Assembly: GCA_965248835.1 (NCBI GenBank)
Contig: CBDFLJ010000002.1
Span: 1,536,001 to 1,600,000 of the forward strand
DNA length: 64,000 nt
Direction of reading: 5' to 3'
Origin: Alphaproteobacteria bacterium
Lineage (GTDB): Bacteria > Pseudomonadota > Alphaproteobacteria > MPNO01
Each line of letters opens with the position of its first letter. The stretch's first letter is position 1. A model generated the notes under the pieces. That model saw only the letters and a list, made by a program, of their open reading frames with translations, was not told the DNA's origin and searched no databases. A program made the position numbers and the translations under genes. Below are positions 59,240-64,000 of this stretch, piece by piece.

Positions 59240-60271
59240 ATGAACGTCCAGACCCCCCTCGAGCAGCTCAAGCCGGCCGATTACGCTTCCGACCAGGAGG
59301 TCCGCTGGTGCCCGGGCTGCGGCGACTACGCGATCGTGAAGTCGGTGCAGCGGACGATGGCCGACCTCCAGCTTCGGCCGGAAAAGGTGGTGTTCATCTC
59401 CGGCATCGGTTGCGCCGCGCGGTTCCCCTACTACATGGCGACCTACGGGTTCCACACGATCCACGGCCGCGCGCCGGCGCTGGCGACCGGCACCAAGCTC
59501 GCCAACCCCGACCTCGACATCTGGGTGGTCATGGGCGACGGCGACTGCCTGTCGATCGGCGGCAACCACACGCTGCATGCGCTGCGCCGCAACGTCGACA
59601 TGCAGATGCTGCTGTTCAACAACGAGATCTACGGGCTGACCAAGGGCCAGTATTCGCCGACCTCGCGGCTCGGCACCCGCTCGCCCTCGACCCCGCAGGG
59701 CTCGGTCGATTCGCCGGTCAATGCCACCGTGTTCGCGCTTGGCGCCGGCGCCAGGTTCGTCGCCCGGTCGGTCGACACCAACCAGAAGCACCTGCCCGAG
59801 ATGCTCAAGCGGGCGCATGCCCACAAGGGCGCCTCGTTCCTCGAGATCATCCAGAACTGCATCGTCTACAACGACGGCGCGTTCGCGGAGTGGACCGATA
59901 GGGCCGCAGCGGCCGATTCGCAGGTGGTGGTCGAAGACGGCAAGCCGCTGATCTTCGGCAAGGATGGCGAAAAGGGCTTGCGCATCGTACCGGGCGCGCT
60001 GGCTCTGGAGGTCGTCACCATCGGCGAGGACGGCGTGACCGAAGACGACATCCTGGTCCATGACGAGACCGACCGGGCCTTGGCAGGGCTGCTCGGGGCG
60101 ATGGAGCACCCCGACTTCCCGGTGGCGGTCGGCGTGCTGTATTGCGATCCCGCCAAGCCCTACGAAGCCGCCGTCCACGAGCAGATCGAGCAGATCAGGC
60201 AGAAGACACCGGCCGGCGATCTCAATGCGATGCTGCGGCGCGGCCGTACCTGGACCGTCGCACCCGGCTGA
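59240..60271 (+). CDS. korB: 2-oxoacid:ferredoxin oxidoreductase beta subunit
   Basis: WCPGCGD, SGIGC, GDGD..SIGGNH, NN.IYGLTKGQYSPT. Confidence 0.93.
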   Translation: MNVQTPLEQLKPADYASDQEVRWCPGCGDYAIVKSVQRTMADLQLRPEKVVFISGIGCAARFPYYMATYGFHTIHGRAPALATGTKLANPDLDIWVVMGDGDCLSIGGNHTLHALRRNVDMQMLLFNNEIYGLTKGQYSPTSRLGTRSPSTPQGSVDSPVNATVFALGAGARFVARSVDTNQKHLPEMLKRAHAHKGASFLEIIQNCIVYNDGAFAEWTDRAAAADSQVVVEDGKPLIFGKDGEKGLRIVPGALALEVVTIGEDGVTEDDILVHDETDRALAGLLGAMEHPDFPVAVGVLYCDPAKPYEAAVHEQIEQIRQKTPAGDLNAMLRRGRTWTVAPG

Positions 60272-60288
60272 GGCCCCCGCGGGGCTTT
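60271..60288 (+). terminator. Short hairpin with T-run after korB
   Basis: aggcccc-cgc-ggggcttt. Confidence 0.4.
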
Positions 60289-60341
60289 ACCGCCACAAGC
60301 CCTCGGCTATCATGGCGCCGATCGAGCCTCAGGAGCCATGA

Positions 60342-61658
60342 ATGTCCCGTAGCGTCGCCGTCGTGGGGTCGGGTCCCGGCGGCATGTATGTTGCCCAAGG
60401 GCTGATCGACAAGTTGCCCGGCTGTCGGGTCGACGTGTTCGACCGACTGCCCTCGCCTTTCGGGCTGATCCGCGGCGGCGTAGCGCCGGATCATCAGAAA
60501 ACCAAGCGCGTCAGCCGTGCCTTCGAGAAGACCATGCTTGCCGAGGGCGCGCGCTTCATCGGCAATGTCGAGGTCGGCCGCGACATCGAGATCGGCGCGC
60601 TGGAGGAGGCCTACGACGCGGTCGTGCTCGCCTATGGCGCGCCTTTCGACAACCGGCTCGGGATCCCCGGCGAGGACAAGATCAACGTCTTCGGCTCCAA
60701 CGCCTTCGTAGGCTGGTACAACTGCCACCCGGACTTCATCGACCTGAACCCGGACCTCAACGTGTCTGCGGTCGCGGTGATCGGCGTGGGCAATGTCGCC
60801 GTCGATGTCGCCCGGGTGCTCGCCAAGACGCCGAAGGAGATGTCGGTCACCGATCTGGCGCCCTATGCCGGGCCGGCGATTGACGCGGCCCCGATCCGCG
60901 ACATCTACATGTTCGGCAGGCGCGGGCCGGTCGAGGCGGCGTTCACCAACGTCGAGCTCCGCGAGATGGGCGAGCTCGAGAACGCGCAGCCCATCGTCAA
61001 TCTCGGCCACCTGCCCGAGGAGGTCGTTGCCCCCTACATGTCCGATCGCGACCTGCGCCTGAGTGCCAGGAACGTCGCCACCATGCGCGGCTTCGATGCC
61101 GTCGGCAGCGAGGGCAAGGCCAAGCGCGTCCATTTCAGCTTTTTCGCAAGCCCGTTGGAAATCCTGGGCGGTGACCGGGTCGAGGGTGTGCGCCTGGAAC
61201 GCACCCGGGTCGAGGACGGCCGCTGCATCCCGATCGGCGAGACCTTCGAGGTCGCGTGCGGGCTGGTGATTACCTGCATCGGCAGCCGCGCCGACCCGCT
61301 CGACAGCGTGCCGTTCGACGACCGCAAGGGGATTGTGATCCACGAGAACGGCCGGGTGCGGCCCGGCCTGTACGCCGCCGGCTGGGTCAAGCGCGGCGCG
61401 ACGGGAACCATCGGCACCAACAAGAACGATTCGCTGGCCGTGGTCGACCTCCTGATCGGCGACCTCGCCGGCCCCGAGAAAAACGGACCGGCCGCATTCG
61501 ATGCCATCGCACAGGAGCGGAGCTTGCGGGTCGTCAGCTACCCCGACTGGCAGATCATCGACCGCCTGGAGACCGAAGCCGCCCCGCCGGGCGCCCCACG
61601 CAGGAAATTCGTCACGCCGGAAGAAATGCTTGCGGCGCTAGGCCAGCCGCCGCAATAG
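60342..61658 (+). CDS. Ferredoxin-NADP+ reductase, FprA/adrenodoxin reductase type
   Basis: GSGPGG, FGLIR.GVAPDH, G.GNVA.DVAR, GRRGP, GWVKRG.TG.IG.N. Confidence 0.88.
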   Translation: MSRSVAVVGSGPGGMYVAQGLIDKLPGCRVDVFDRLPSPFGLIRGGVAPDHQKTKRVSRAFEKTMLAEGARFIGNVEVGRDIEIGALEEAYDAVVLAYGAPFDNRLGIPGEDKINVFGSNAFVGWYNCHPDFIDLNPDLNVSAVAVIGVGNVAVDVARVLAKTPKEMSVTDLAPYAGPAIDAAPIRDIYMFGRRGPVEAAFTNVELREMGELENAQPIVNLGHLPEEVVAPYMSDRDLRLSARNVATMRGFDAVGSEGKAKRVHFSFFASPLEILGGDRVEGVRLERTRVEDGRCIPIGETFEVACGLVITCIGSRADPLDSVPFDDRKGIVIHENGRVRPGLYAAGWVKRGATGTIGTNKNDSLAVVDLLIGDLAGPEKNGPAAFDAIAQERSLRVVSYPDWQIIDRLETEAAPPGAPRRKFVTPEEMLAALGQPPQ

Positions 61659-62096
61659 CGCCAGGAAGGTCCGCCGCTCCACCTCGCTCAAAGGTGCGAG
61701 CGTCGCATCGGTAATCGCGCGGCCGTTCCGCGTGATCGCTGCAACGAGATCGCGGCCTGACGCGGTCAGGCTGAGGACGAGGCGGCGGCGGTCGGACGCA
61801 TCGGGGCGGCGGTCGATCAGCCTGCGGGCCAACAAGCGCTTGATCACGCCGTGCATGGTGGCCGCGTCCATTGCGGTCCGGCGGCCGAGCTCGTTCTGGG
61901 AGACCTCGCCAAGGTCGCCGAGCTTGACCAGGGCTGCGAACTGCAGCGGCGTGGCCTGGTCGTCGCCGACCATCGACTGGAAGATCACCGCATGCCGCTG
62001 GTGCGCTCGGCGCAGCAGGTGGCCGACCTGGTCCTCCAGGACATAGTCCGCGGCAGGAACAAGTTCGGCTTCTGCGGAATCAGCGGCCGGTTTCAT
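61638..62096 (-). CDS. MarR-family regulator, NicR-like
   Basis: Y.LEDQVGHLLRRAHQRH..IF, TAMD.AT..GVI.RL, DRR. Confidence 0.88.
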   Translation of the reverse strand: MKPAADSAEAELVPAADYVLEDQVGHLLRRAHQRHAVIFQSMVGDDQATPLQFAALVKLGDLGEVSQNELGRRTAMDAATMHGVIKRLLARRLIDRRPDASDRRRLVLSLTASGRDLVAAITRNGRAITDATLAPLSEVERRTFLALLRRLA

Positions 62097-62114
62097 CGAA
62101 CGGCCGATCCTCAT

Positions 62115-62135
62115 AATTGTTCGTATACAAACGAT
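62115..62135. promoter_or_regulatory. Putative autoregulatory NicR operator
   Basis: aattgttcgtatacaaacgat; minus-strand TTGACA at 62154-62159. Confidence 0.7.
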
Positions 62136-62228
62136 GGCCGAGCCCTGGAGTCGTGTCAAGCCGACGGCTCGATCAGACCATGTATGCGCGGCGGCATGGA
62201 CCCCGGCGCGGGGCCGGGATGGACGGGT

Positions 62229-63452
62229 TCAGATCACCTCGGCCTCGCGTAGTGCGGCGATGGCGCTTGCGTCGAGGCCCAGCACGTCGGCAAGCACCGT
62301 CTCGGTGTGCTCTCCCAGCACCGGGGCGGCACCGGGGTAGTCGTGCGGGTGACCGACATAGCGGATCGGGTTGGCGACGCCCGGGACCGTGCCGGCTTCG
62401 GCATGGGAAAGCGCGATCCGCGTGCCGCGGTGTCGGGTCTGGGGGTCGGAAAAGATCTGGGCGAGGTCGTTGATCGGGCCGCACGGCACGCCGACGGCTT
62501 CGAGGTCGGCAAGCCACGCCGCGCGGGTCCTGGTCGCCATCATGTCGGCGATCTCGGCGACCAGCTCCTCACGGTGTGCGACACGGCCGGCATTGGTGGC
62601 ATAACGCGCATCCCCGGCCAGATCCGGCCGGCCGCCGGCATGGCAGAACCGATCGAACTGGGCATCGTTGCCGACCGCGACGATCACATGATCGTCTGCG
62701 GTCTTGAACGACTGGTATGGCACGATGTTGGGATGCGCGTTGCCCATCCGACCGGGCGCCGTGCCGGTCGCCAGAAAATTCATCGCCTGATTGGCGGTCG
62801 CGGCCACGGTGACGTCGAACAGGGCCATGTCGACGTGGCGGCCCTGGCCGGTCCGATCGCGCTCGCGCACCGCAGCCAGGGCAGCGATCGTGGTGTAGAG
62901 CCCGGTCAAGACGTCGGACAGCGCCACACCGATTTTCTGTGGACCGCCGCCCGGCACCCCGTCGCGTTCGCCGGTGATCGACATGAAGCCGCCCATCGCC
63001 TGGATCATGAAGTCATAGCCCGCGCGCTTGGCGTAGGGTCCGGTCTGGCCGAACCCGGTGATCGAGCAGTAGATCAGCCCGGGATTGACTTCCTTGAGGT
63101 CGTCATAGGCCAGCCCGTAGCGGGCCAGCCCGCCGACCTTGTAGTTCTCCAGCAGGATGTCGGATTTGCCGGCCAGTTCGCGGGCGATGCGCTGGCCGTC
63201 GGGCTTGGCCAGATCGAGCGTGACCGACTTCTTGCCGCGGTTGGCACAGTGGAAATAGGCCGCGTCCGCGGTCTCGTTGCCCTCGCGGTCGCGGATGAAA
63301 GGCGGGCCCCAGACACGGGTGTCGTCGCCGGTGCCGGGACGCTCGATCTTGATCACCTCGGCGCCGAGGTCGGCCATCGTCTGCCCGGCCCAGGGTCCGG
63401 CCAGAATTCGGCTGAAATCGAGGACCCGGAGCCCCGATAGCGGTCCGGACAT
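62229..63452 (-). CDS. Family III CoA-transferase (succinyl-CoA:glutarate type)
   Basis: LAGPW, GDDTR.WGPP, NRGKKS, GYDF.IQAMGG, GNAHPNIVPYQ; next to gcdH. Confidence 0.88.
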   Translation of the reverse strand: MSGPLSGLRVLDFSRILAGPWAGQTMADLGAEVIKIERPGTGDDTRVWGPPFIRDREGNETADAAYFHCANRGKKSVTLDLAKPDGQRIARELAGKSDILLENYKVGGLARYGLAYDDLKEVNPGLIYCSITGFGQTGPYAKRAGYDFMIQAMGGFMSITGERDGVPGGGPQKIGVALSDVLTGLYTTIAALAAVRERDRTGQGRHVDMALFDVTVAATANQAMNFLATGTAPGRMGNAHPNIVPYQSFKTADDHVIVAVGNDAQFDRFCHAGGRPDLAGDARYATNAGRVAHREELVAEIADMMATRTRAAWLADLEAVGVPCGPINDLAQIFSDPQTRHRGTRIALSHAEAGTVPGVANPIRYVGHPHDYPGAAPVLGEHTETVLADVLGLDASAIAALREAEVI

Positions 63453-63455
63453 CGT

Positions 63456-64000
63456 CTACGTGAACGCCTGGATGCCGGTCTGCGCGCGCCCCAGGATCAG
63501 CGCGTGGATGTCATGGGTGCCCTCGTAGGTGACGATGGTTTCCATGTTCATCAAGTGGCGCATAACGTGATACTCGTCGACGATCCCGTTGCCGCCGTGC
63601 ATGTCGCGCGCCTCGCGAATCATGTCGCGTGCCTTGCCGGTCGAGTTGCGCTTGAGCATCGAGATCGATTCGGGCGAACAGGTGCCATCGTCCATCATCC
63701 GGCCGAGCTGGAGACAGGCATGCAGACCGATTGAGATTTCGGTCTGCATGTCGGCGAGCTTTTTCTGGATGAGCTGGTTTGCCGCCAGGGGCCGGCCGAA
63801 CTGGCTGCGCTCCAGCGTGTACTGGCGCGCGGCGTGCCAGCAGAACTCCGCCGCACCCAGCGCGCCCCATGCGATGCCGTAGCGCGCGTTGTTGAGGCAG
63901 CCGAACGGCCCGCCGAGCCCCTTTGCGTGCGGCAGACGGTTCTCCGCCGGGACGAAGACATCCTCCATCACGATCTCGCCGGTGACCGAGGCGCGCAGCG
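63456..64000 (-). CDS. gcdH: Glutaryl-CoA dehydrogenase (5' part outside window)
   Basis: [49 protein letters not shown]. Confidence 0.93.
   Translation of the reverse strand, partial: LRASVTGEIVMEDVFVPAENRLPHAKGLGGPFGCLNNARYGIAWGALGAAEFCWHAARQYTLERSQFGRPLAANQLIQKKLADMQTEISIGLHACLQLGRMMDDGTCSPESISMLKRNSTGKARDMIREARDMHGGNGIVDEYHVMRHLMNMETIVTYEGTHDIHALILGRAQTGIQAFT

Overview
GC-rich bacterial chromosomal window, most likely an alphaproteobacterium of the Rhodospirillales type (inferred from the DUF2232-rplI context, the acidic L9 tail and a Zn-ribbon DinB). It opens with housekeeping genes (rplI, NAD kinase). The rest is dense catabolic and accessory DNA: CoA ligases, transferases and hydratases, flavin and non-heme iron oxygenases, a UbiD decarboxylase, three TRAP/TAXI transporters and zur-znuCB/znuA. 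The most coherent system is at 52-64 kb: a nicotinate dehydrogenase / 6-hydroxynicotinate reductase operon and its NicR-like MarR regulator. The two share a 17/20 identical upstream motif but are separated by korA-korB and an FprA-type ferredoxin-NADP reductase gene. Next to the regulator are a CoA-transferase and glutaryl-CoA dehydrogenase. Also seen: a small TA-flanked palindromic intergenic element whose ends coincide with stop codons, an IS630 relic, at least five broken genes, several 10-15 bp tandem micro-duplications, and two uncharacterised oxygenase operons (HD-domain/AhpD/2OG-Fe and LLM/heme-oxygenase-like diiron). I recognised no tRNA, rRNA or CRISPR. All product calls come from motif recognition by eye, not database searches.
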